From contig DUKZ01000020.1 of NCBI GenBank assembly GCA_013329045.1, positions 33,489 through 97,488 of the forward strand: DNA of 64,000 nucleotides, in the 5' to 3' direction. The notes below the pieces were generated by a model. The model made no database searches. It had not been told where the DNA came from and saw only the letters and a list, made by a program, of their open reading frames with translations. This DNA is from Candidatus Woesearchaeota archaeon (lineage in GTDB: Archaea > Nanobdellota > Nanobdellia > Woesearchaeales > UBA9989). Both the position numbers and the translations under genes were made by a program. Each line of letters opens with the position of its first letter. Positions within the stretch are counted from its first letter, which is position 1. This document shows positions 57,004-64,000 of the stretch, piece by piece.

Positions 57004-57855
57004 ATGAAAAAGATTGCTGTCAGGTGCGGCATTTGCGGGGCAAATGACTATAAGGAAAAGCTCAGGAAGAATGGGTATAAGGTGGTAACGTGCAATAAGT
57101 GCGGCCATATCTATGTCAATCCACGGCTCGATTTTTCCACCCTAAATGAGCTCTATAACGAGAACAAGATCTCGCCCATGCCCTATTATGTTGAGAATTT
57201 AGCCCAAGACAAGAAGACATTTGAGCAGCGCCTCAAATTGGTAGAAAAATACAAGAAAAAAGGCAAGCTCCTGGATGTTGGCTGTGCCATTGGCACCTTC
57301 ATGAATGTGGCAAAAGAGAGGGGTTGGGAAGTCAAGGGCATAGATTTGAATAGGTCATCTGTCCAGAAATGCAAGGAAGCCGGCCTGGATGTCATGTGTT
57401 CAGCGTTCGAGAAGCATTCTTTCGAGAAAGGATCGTTCGATGCGATCATCATGAACGATTTTTTAGAGCACGTTCCAGACCCAAAAGAAGTCCTGAAGAC
57501 TGCAAATGGCCTGCTGAAGAAAGGGGGCGTCATCCTGATTGTCACTCCAAAGATCGATTCATTCATGGGAAAGATTTCAGGGAAGAAATGGCTTCACCTA
57601 AAGCCTGATGAGCATATCCATTTCTATAATAAGAAAAACCTGGGAAGAATACTCAAAGATGCAGGTTTTTCCCCGATTGTTATGAAGGATATGGGAAGGG
57701 TGCGAAGCTTGAAAATAATAGTAGAAAAAGCATCAACGTATGGGAAGGCAATCACCAGGATATTGAAGGTGTTCCTTCCAGACTCGATATCAAAGAAGGT
57801 GTGGATCAATCTGAATCTGCATGATGAGTTTGGTGTGGTGGCAAGGAAGGAATAA
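57004..57855 (+). CDS. Class I SAM-dependent methyltransferase with an N-terminal CxxC...CxxC zinc ribbon
   Basis: CGICGANDY...CNKCGH; LDVGCAIGTF motif I; LKKGGVILI. TTTTATAT is about 30 nt upstream. Confidence 0.75.
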   Translation: MKKIAVRCGICGANDYKEKLRKNGYKVVTCNKCGHIYVNPRLDFSTLNELYNENKISPMPYYVENLAQDKKTFEQRLKLVEKYKKKGKLLDVGCAIGTFMNVAKERGWEVKGIDLNRSSVQKCKEAGLDVMCSAFEKHSFEKGSFDAIIMNDFLEHVPDPKEVLKTANGLLKKGGVILIVTPKIDSFMGKISGKKWLHLKPDEHIHFYNKKNLGRILKDAGFSPIVMKDMGRVRSLKIIVEKASTYGKAITRILKVFLPDSISKKVWINLNLHDEFGVVARKE

Positions 57856-57856
57856 G

Positions 57857-58930
57857 ATGTTGCGTTTGTTCTTGTCTGGAAAAAAGTGCCCTCTTCCCAA
57901 AAGCCCAGGCACTGTATTGATCAGCCGTTCTGGAGGCCTCGGGGATATTATCATGACAACCCCTCTTGTTCGGGCTATCCGCAACCATTACCCAAAGGCT
58001 CATATTGTGTATCTTGTTGGCCTGGAAGCAGCTCCTGCATTGAAGAATAATAAGGATATAAACAAGATCATCGCGTTTGATGAGAAGATCATTTTTGGCA
58101 AGAAGATCGGAAAAATTCTGGAGCTAAAACAAAAGATCATGGCTCTTGATGCTGATATGTGTTTTATCCTTGATAAGTCAAAGTGGTGGAATGTGCTCAT
58201 GAAGCTTTCAGGGATTCCTGTTAGGGTTGGATTTGACAGGAAAGGGGAGGGCTTTTCCAACACGCATAATATCGCGTTTGATGGGGAAAAAAGCGAGCTG
58301 GAATATTATCTCGAAATGGCAGACCTCATTGGTGCAAGGATCCCGTCAAAAGCAACCGTCTTCAATCTCAAAGAGGATGATCATCGTTATGCGCGGTCTT
58401 TTCTTCATGAGCACTCGCTGGACAGGAAGAAGGTGCTCGCTATTTGCCCGGGAGGGGCAAAGAATTGCGGCCACGCATTCCCGCTGAAGCGCTGGCTTGT
58501 AGAGAGATACGCTGAACTCATCAACGAGCTCCCAACTGCAATTGAGGTGGTCATTATCGGCGGCCCGATGGATAAGGAGATTATTGATGAAATGAAAGGT
58601 ATGCTTAAGCGAAGGGCATATATCAGCTATGATGCATCGCTCAGCGAGAATGCAGCGCTCCTTGCTCACTGCCGTTTGGTCCTCACGCACGATTCTGGCT
58701 TGATGCACATCGCAGCAGCACTGAATGATAATGTCATTGCGCTCTTTGGCCCAACGCCAGCACTCAGGTTCGCTCCGTCAAATGTCAAAGTGATCGATAA
58801 GCATGAGGAGTACCCGCCTTGTTATGACATATTTGGCAACACCTCTGCATGCCAGGGATATGAGGGGATGAATGCGCTATCAGCAGGTGAAGTGCAAAAA
58901 GTTGTTCTCAAGAAGCTAGACACCCAATAA
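57857..58930 (+). CDS. GT9 family glycosyltransferase (heptosyltransferase-like)
   Basis: The ATG at 57857 is right after the upstream stop. GGLGDIIMTTPLVRAI and THDSGLMHIAAALNDNVIALFGPT motifs. Confidence 0.75.
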   Translation: MLRLFLSGKKCPLPKSPGTVLISRSGGLGDIIMTTPLVRAIRNHYPKAHIVYLVGLEAAPALKNNKDINKIIAFDEKIIFGKKIGKILELKQKIMALDADMCFILDKSKWWNVLMKLSGIPVRVGFDRKGEGFSNTHNIAFDGEKSELEYYLEMADLIGARIPSKATVFNLKEDDHRYARSFLHEHSLDRKKVLAICPGGAKNCGHAFPLKRWLVERYAELINELPTAIEVVIIGGPMDKEIIDEMKGMLKRRAYISYDASLSENAALLAHCRLVLTHDSGLMHIAAALNDNVIALFGPTPALRFAPSNVKVIDKHEEYPPCYDIFGNTSACQGYEGMNALSAGEVQKVVLKKLDTQ

Positions 58931-58967
58931 TTGGTGCACAACAATCTTTTTATACACTTCCTCCATT

Positions 58968-60512
58968 ATGAGGCATATGAAGAAGGAGGGGTCATTTCAG
59001 GAAAAAGCGCTCATTGTCCTCGCCATTGCTCTAGTCCTCAGGCTCATCATCGCGGGCCTCTCCCATGTCAGTGGAGATGCATGCTGGCATATCAGCGTTG
59101 GAAAGTTCATAGCAAGAACAGGCCATATTCCTCTTTACGAGCCTCTTGGCAGGCCTGTCTTTTGGTCTCCTCCATTGTTTAACTGGTTTATTGCCTTCTT
59201 TTTCAAGGTCGGATCCTGGTTTTCCCCGCTCTTTGCGAGCGGCGGTATCATGCTCATATCAGTCCTGTTTGGCCTTGGAACCCTCATTTACACATACAAG
59301 CTTGCAAAGGAAGTGGCAAATGAAAAGGCTGCCTTCCTCGCAGTAGTGTTCCTCAGCTTCCTGCCGATTCATATCTATCTCTCAGCAATACCGTATAATG
59401 ATACGATGATCTCTTTTTTTGCGATCGCTGCTGTCTATCATGCGATAAGAAGGCAATACATCATCGCCAGCATCTTGACAGGCCTTGGCCTTTTGACAAA
59501 GTACACAGGCTTTTTCATCCTCCCGGTGATCATCCTGATCGCTCTCATCAATGAATCAAAGAAGATCAGGGCAATCGAGCGCTCGGTCATGATGACAGTC
59601 ATTAGCCTGGCAATTGGCCTTCCTTGGTACCTGCGAAACCAGATCCTTCTTGGCAATCCGTTATGGCCAAAGCTCACGAGGATTTTTGGTGATAAGACCG
59701 GTTTTGTCGAGACAGTCTTCCCATCAACAAGGTTATCATTTGAAAACTTATTTCATGGGAAACACCTTGTGAGAACATATCTTGAGCTCTTTGGCGTTCC
59801 AGCAGGCCATGTGAGGAATCTGTACTTTCTCAAGATTCCATTCATTGACGTTCTAATTGCCCTTTGGCTTCTTGGTACTTTCATATACCTGTTTCCGGCA
59901 ATCATTGGCCTGTTCAAGACAAAATGGTATAAGAAGAAGAATCTTTACTTGGTGATGGTTCTCTTGTCTTTTTCCGTTTTTTTCTTCGTGAGTATCCTCT
60001 TCAATGACCTGACCTTGACAAGGTATCTGCTCCCAGCTCTTCCTGTGCTGGCCATTGTCTGGGCGAGTGGCTTTGAATCCATGCCAAAGCCATGGAAAGT
60101 ATGGTACGTGGGTCTCTTTGTCATTCTCATCATCGGGTTTTCAGGAATAGAGATTGTCAAGGCAAAGATCGTCGAGCATGCCTGGGGCCAGTATGACAAT
60201 GACTTTGCATGGATCGGGGAGAACACACCCCAGAATGCCATTTTCCTTTCACAGGGGGATAACTGTTACGCATATAATTTTGACCGCTTGACTGAACAGT
60301 ATAATGGCGTCTATGATATTGATACCATATTCCGGGCGCGGGCAAGAAATATCACGTATGTCTATGTCAACCAGAAGTGGACCCTGACAGGTGATTATGA
60401 TGGCAATCCATTGCTCTACGATAAGGATTTCTTAGAAGAGCTAGATCACTATGCGACAAAGGTGTATGATAATCAAGAGACTGGGTCGATGGTGTATCAG
60501 CTTAAAAAATAA
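58968..60512 (+). CDS. GT-C-like polytopic membrane glycosyltransferase candidate (GT39/GT83/ArnT-like)
   Basis: 514 aa with 11-13 TM helices. The periplasmic-loop acidic/His residues are near the N-terminus. The C-terminal soluble domain is NAIFLSQGD...TYVYVN...MVYQLK. Confidence 0.5.
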   Translation: MRHMKKEGSFQEKALIVLAIALVLRLIIAGLSHVSGDACWHISVGKFIARTGHIPLYEPLGRPVFWSPPLFNWFIAFFFKVGSWFSPLFASGGIMLISVLFGLGTLIYTYKLAKEVANEKAAFLAVVFLSFLPIHIYLSAIPYNDTMISFFAIAAVYHAIRRQYIIASILTGLGLLTKYTGFFILPVIILIALINESKKIRAIERSVMMTVISLAIGLPWYLRNQILLGNPLWPKLTRIFGDKTGFVETVFPSTRLSFENLFHGKHLVRTYLELFGVPAGHVRNLYFLKIPFIDVLIALWLLGTFIYLFPAIIGLFKTKWYKKKNLYLVMVLLSFSVFFFVSILFNDLTLTRYLLPALPVLAIVWASGFESMPKPWKVWYVGLFVILIIGFSGIEIVKAKIVEHAWGQYDNDFAWIGENTPQNAIFLSQGDNCYAYNFDRLTEQYNGVYDIDTIFRARARNITYVYVNQKWTLTGDYDGNPLLYDKDFLEELDHYATKVYDNQETGSMVYQLKK

Positions 60513-60583
60513 CGAAAGTGTGGGGCTATGTCCAGCGCAATTTCTTTTGGTCAAGAAGCAGTTTCAAAGAAAAAAGAGAAATA

Positions 60584-60591
60584 TTTATATA
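60584..60591 (+). promoter_or_regulatory. TATA-box-like TTTATATA about 30 nt upstream of the 60618 ATG
   Basis: AT-rich spacer. Spacing is consistent with a leaderless archaeal transcript. Confidence 0.35.
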
Positions 60592-60617
60592 GGTGTTATT
60601 ATATATAGTTATATAAG

Positions 60618-60884
60618 ATGATAAAATCAACAATTTTGCATAGCCCAACACTGGAATCAGTTATCATGGTAGAAAAAACAATCCAAAAGTATAGCCAGGA
60701 ATGCGGCAAATACCAGCTTTGGAAAAAATTACCTAAAAAGATGATGTATCAGACTTTTCAAGTAATCCTAGATTATCTAGAGCAATCTGGAAAGATTATG
60801 ATTGATACGGAGGGCTGCATTATTTGGACATATGATCCAGAAGGCATAAAGAAAATATTAACAAAGGGTGTAAGATTGCGTTGA
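60618..60884 (+). CDS. Putative antitoxin partner (unknown family)
   Basis: 88-aa ORF. Its stop overlaps the ATG of the RelE-like gene (ATGA). Confidence 0.35.
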   Translation: MIKSTILHSPTLESVIMVEKTIQKYSQECGKYQLWKKLPKKMMYQTFQVILDYLEQSGKIMIDTEGCIIWTYDPEGIKKILTKGVRLR

Positions 60885-61222
60885 ACGGCAGAAAACCAGT
60901 CTACGTAACATTTGGAGAAAAGAAGATAGAGCAAGAATTTGAACTTCTTAAAGAAGGCAAGTTTCAGGACAAGCAACTTTATGCATTTGTTGAGAGAGCT
61001 ATAAAGGACATGAAAAATAACCCTACTTGCGGCATAAAGGTCCCTAAAAGATTATGGCCTAAACTGTATATCGATAAATTTGGCGTGACAAACTTATGGA
61101 AGTATGATTTGCCAAACGGCTGGCGATTAATTTACACAATCAAGGAAGATGAAGTGACGATATTAAATGTCATCTTGGAATGGTTTGACCATAGAAAGTA
61201 TGAGAGAAGGTTTAAGTATTAA
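60881..61222 (+). CDS. RelE/ParE-superfamily toxin-like protein
   Basis: The C-terminus NLWKYDLPNGWRLIYTIKEDEVTILNVILEWFDHRKYERRF parallels the RelE GYRLVY..D..V.V..VG.R...Y pattern. Confidence 0.5.
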   Translation: MNGRKPVYVTFGEKKIEQEFELLKEGKFQDKQLYAFVERAIKDMKNNPTCGIKVPKRLWPKLYIDKFGVTNLWKYDLPNGWRLIYTIKEDEVTILNVILEWFDHRKYERRFKY

Positions 61223-61293
61223 CAGGATCACTTCGTTACGAAACTAGCCAAGAGTTAATAAACCGCTAGCTTTTTAAACAAGAAATCCTAAGA

Positions 61294-61902
61294 ATGATGA
61301 AAATGGCCTTTGGGCTAAAAAAGAGGGATGCAGAGATTTCTTTAGAGCATATTGAATCTATCAATGTTGTCCAGATTAACAAGGAAGAAGTCAGCATTGA
61401 AGATCTCCACAACGACCTCGAGAAGAAGCTTCAGGAGCAAGGCTTCATTTTTGACAAGAAAAAATTCATCACCCAGGATGAGCACTGGACGATCGGGCAG
61501 AGGATTGCTGATCGTGTCGCAAATTTTGGTGGTTCCTGGCCGTTTATCATACTGTTTGTGGTCTTTTTTATCGTGTGGATCGCCCTTAACATCATCATCC
61601 TGAAAAAAGAGCCTTTCGACCCATTCCCCTTTATCCTCTTGAACCTCCTGCTCTCTTGCTTGGCATCATTGCAGGCACCAATCATCATGATGAGCCAGAA
61701 TCGCCAGGCAGAAAAGGACAGGAAGCAGGCAGAGATCAATCTGGAAAAGGATATTGTTGATTTCAAGCAGGACCGTCTGGATCTTATTCTCGACCAGAAA
61801 CAGTGGGATATTCTTCTTGATATGGACAAGCGCATAAAAAGTATTGAAGATGCCCTAAGGGTAAACAACAAAGTGAAAGGAAAGCAAAAAAAGAAACGCT
61901 AA
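61294..61902 (+). CDS. DUF1003 family membrane protein
   Basis: GSWPFIILFVV...PFDPFPFILLNLLLSCLASLQAPIIMMSQNRQAEKDRKQAE matches the DUF1003 consensus, including SQNRQ. Confidence 0.75.
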   Translation: MMKMAFGLKKRDAEISLEHIESINVVQINKEEVSIEDLHNDLEKKLQEQGFIFDKKKFITQDEHWTIGQRIADRVANFGGSWPFIILFVVFFIVWIALNIIILKKEPFDPFPFILLNLLLSCLASLQAPIIMMSQNRQAEKDRKQAEINLEKDIVDFKQDRLDLILDQKQWDILLDMDKRIKSIEDALRVNNKVKGKQKKKR

Positions 61903-61933
61903 GTTTTTAAATTAGTCCAAGGCCCAATAGCCA

Positions 61934-62155
61934 ATGGCAAAAGTTATTGTTGAGCACCACCCAGAGGACTGTATCGGATGTGCTGCTTGCACAGCAGCGG
62001 CTCCGGACCTGTTTGAGATGGAGGGAGATAAGGCAAAGCTCAAGGATGGAAAATCAAAAGGTTCTATCATGAGAAAAATGACAGAACATGATCAGCAGGC
62101 AAAAGACGCTGCCGATTGCTGCCCTGTCGAAGCGATAAAAGTAAAGGACAATTAG
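61934..62155 (+). CDS. Ferredoxin, single [4Fe-4S]/[3Fe-4S] cluster type
   Basis: CIGCAACTAAAP ... CCPVEAI. 73 aa. Confidence 0.75.
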   Translation: MAKVIVEHHPEDCIGCAACTAAAPDLFEMEGDKAKLKDGKSKGSIMRKMTEHDQQAKDAADCCPVEAIKVKDN

Positions 62156-62215
62156 GTGCAAAAGAGAGATAAGAGGTCAGGATAGGGGAAAAATAGTCAG
62201 GAATGAAGATAAGTC

Positions 62216-63157
62216 CTACCTCATCAACGCTTCAAATTCTTTTGTGCTAATCTTCAAATGTTTTTGGATATTTTTTCTCTTCTTGATCAGTTGCGGGAGT
62301 GCTCTCAGCGTTTCCCATTTTGACTTGATGATGGGAAGAGGTTTTCCTTTGAAGGCCCATTTAAGGAGGGTCGCAGCCTGCATCAGGATAAAGGAAGGCA
62401 ATTTCTTGATAAGCACGGGCATTGGATAATTCTTTATGATGGTAAAATTCCTGTTGCGATCACCAAGGTATACCTGTTTGTCAGAATAGTGGTTCATGGT
62501 TGCTCCATGGAGGTGGTGCAGCTCTGCCCCATCAGCATACAAGCATTCCCATCCGGCAATTCTTGCTCGAAGACCAAGGTCAAAGTCCTCAGCGTAGATG
62601 AAATAGTCGCTGTCAAAATAATCCTGTTGCCCGTCAGGTCTGGAAAAAGAGATGTCATCGAGCATTTTTTTTCGGTAGAAAGCGTCCCCTCCGCAGGGGG
62701 CAAGGGGAACCTCATGTGGCAGCAATTCCTTGATGTCTGTCGTGTATCCCTGCTTCTTGAAGCGAAGTCCAAGGGTGTCTATGCCTTCCTCCCAAAAGTA
62801 CATCTTAGGACACCCCATTCCCACGTTTTTCTTCCCTTCGACCGCTTTTGCCAATGCTTCGATGCATCGGGGCTTTAGCTTTGTATCATTATTGAGCACA
62901 AATATCCACTCCCCGGCCGCAGCTCGGATGCCGGCATTATTGCCTTCAGCAAACCCTGCATTTTGTGGAAGGGTAATCAGCCGGGTTTTGGGGTATGTTT
63001 TCTGGACAAACGCGCTGGTGCCATCATGGGAGCCATTGTCAACAACGATGATTTCTAATTGTTTATAGGTTTGGGAAAAGCAGGAGTCAAGGCAGTTCTT
63101 GAGATATTGCTTCCCGTTCCACGTGAGCACGATGATGCTGACGAGCGGCTTTTTCAT
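62216..63157 (-). CDS. GT2 glycosyltransferase
   Basis: VSIIVLTWNG...VVDNGSHDGT...VLNND motifs. Confidence 0.8.
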   Translation of the reverse strand: MKKPLVSIIVLTWNGKQYLKNCLDSCFSQTYKQLEIIVVDNGSHDGTSAFVQKTYPKTRLITLPQNAGFAEGNNAGIRAAAGEWIFVLNNDTKLKPRCIEALAKAVEGKKNVGMGCPKMYFWEEGIDTLGLRFKKQGYTTDIKELLPHEVPLAPCGGDAFYRKKMLDDISFSRPDGQQDYFDSDYFIYAEDFDLGLRARIAGWECLYADGAELHHLHGATMNHYSDKQVYLGDRNRNFTIIKNYPMPVLIKKLPSFILMQAATLLKWAFKGKPLPIIKSKWETLRALPQLIKKRKNIQKHLKISTKEFEALMR

Positions 63158-63180
63158 TGGAAGAAAAAAAGGAAGTTGTT

Positions 63181-64000
63181 TTAAATAAGTTTCCTCTTCG
63201 AGAGTTCCAGCTGGGCTTTCTCAAAAGAATCAGTTGCCTCTTGATGTTCGCTCCAGGCGGCTAGCTCTTTCATCCCTTCCCTGAAGGTGATGTTTGCGCA
63301 AAATCCGAGTTTCTCTTTGATCAGGGAGACATCAGCAAAGCAGTGGCGAACATCGCCATTCCTGAATGTTCCAGTAATTTCAGGGGATATCTTCTTGCTA
63401 AGTGTTGCAGCGAGGATCTCAGCTACCTGCTTGATGGTTATTCGCTCGCCAGACCCAACATTCAGGGCAAGCCCATTTCCACCATCTTTCTCATACGCAA
63501 GGACAATGGCCCGAGCCACATCCTTGACATTGATAAAGTCCCTGCTCTGCTCTCCATCTTCGAAGATGACAGGGGCGTGGTCATTCTTGAGCCTGGACAT
63601 GAAAATGGCAGCAACCCCCGTGTACGGGTTGTTCAGGGACTGTCTTGGCCCATACACATTGAAGAATCGCAGGGCAACTGAGGGGATCTTATAGGCCATA
63701 CCGATGGTCAGCACAAGGTCTTCCTGGTCTTTTTTTGAGATGGCATAAACGGATGTGCAGTCCTGTTTTTTTGATTCTGATGTGGGGATTGGTGTTGCTT
63801 GCTTGTGGCAGGTTGGGCAGTGGAGCTCCCAGTCTCCTGCTGCCATCTGGGATTCTGTTCGAAGGGGCGGCATGACCTTCCCGCAATCATTGCAGCGGTA
63901 GGATCCTTCGCCATAAGTTGACATCGAGCTTGCAACGACGATCTTCTTGATCATGTCTTTTTTTGTGATAATATGGTCAAGAAGTTTTGCCGTGCCAAGA
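63181..64000 (-). CDS. NAD-dependent epimerase/dehydratase (SDR) with a Cys4 insertion; N-terminus lies beyond the window
   Basis: The frame is open to the window edge: ...LGTAKLLDHIITKKDMIKKIVVASSMSTYG. Catalytic YAISK. A 50-aa insert with CNDCG...CPTC lies between the Ser and YxxxK. The C-terminal RHCFADVSLIKEKLGF is typical of the family. Confidence 0.7.
   Translation of the reverse strand, partial: LGTAKLLDHIITKKDMIKKIVVASSMSTYGEGSYRCNDCGKVMPPLRTESQMAAGDWELHCPTCHKQATPIPTSESKKQDCTSVYAISKKDQEDLVLTIGMAYKIPSVALRFFNVYGPRQSLNNPYTGVAAIFMSRLKNDHAPVIFEDGEQSRDFINVKDVARAIVLAYEKDGGNGLALNVGSGERITIKQVAEILAATLSKKISPEITGTFRNGDVRHCFADVSLIKEKLGFCANITFREGMKELAAWSEHQEATDSFEKAQLELSKRKLI

Overview
This 64-kb window looks archaeal, though the assignment is not certain. 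It is dominated by cell-envelope genes: a giant surface-protein operon and a large protein-glycosylation island.

Evidence for an archaeal origin:
- A tRNA-Trp carries a 44-nt intron at the canonical 37/38 position.
- A geranylgeranyl-reductase-family gene is present.
- An STT3/AglB oligosaccharyltransferase has the WWDYG motif.
- The fructose-bisphosphate aldolase is the DhnA class I type.
- AT-rich TATA-like boxes sit about 30 nt upstream of leaderless starts.
- An IS200-type tnpA is present.

Layout, 5' to 3':
- 1..3137: a truncated type-IV-pilus/archaellum-type ATPase, a DUF192 gene, amylomaltase (malQ) and the intron-containing tRNA-Trp.
- 3961..18570 (minus strand): a four-gene cluster of very large envelope proteins.
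  - A collagen-like-tailed secreted protein.
  - A 2225-aa adhesin-like giant with about 20 Cys-bounded DNDGDG Ca-binding-type repeats and duplicated cadherin-like modules.
  - A 466-aa secreted protein.
  - A 1234-aa multi-TM protein with KE-rich linkers.
  - Each of the four has a GGGGG run 3-10 nt before its ATG.
- 18777..63954: a glycosylation island.
  - aglB, which carries an unusual repeat-bearing N-terminal extension.
  - Three GT2, three GT9 (heptosyltransferase-family) and several GT-C-like membrane proteins.
  - Two SAM methyltransferases.
  - A bacterial-type ADP-heptose cassette (gmhA-hldE-gmhA') under a divergently encoded RHH-nucleotidyltransferase-like putative regulator, with candidate operator palindromes.
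  - An adjacent non-oxidative pentose-phosphate / GlpX / FbaB block that could supply sedoheptulose-7-P.
  - An IS200-like element.
  - A lower-GC segment of about 8.5 kb bracketed by roughly 108-nt direct repeats. It encodes an S8 subtilase giant protein and a sequon-rich 1128-aa secreted protein.
  - A RelE-like toxin pair, a DUF1003 protein, a ferredoxin, and a truncated SDR epimerase with a Cys4 insertion.

Four copies of a double-hairpin palindromic element of about 80-90 nt occur in intergenic spacers (the fourth is weaker). No CRISPR array or rRNA was seen.
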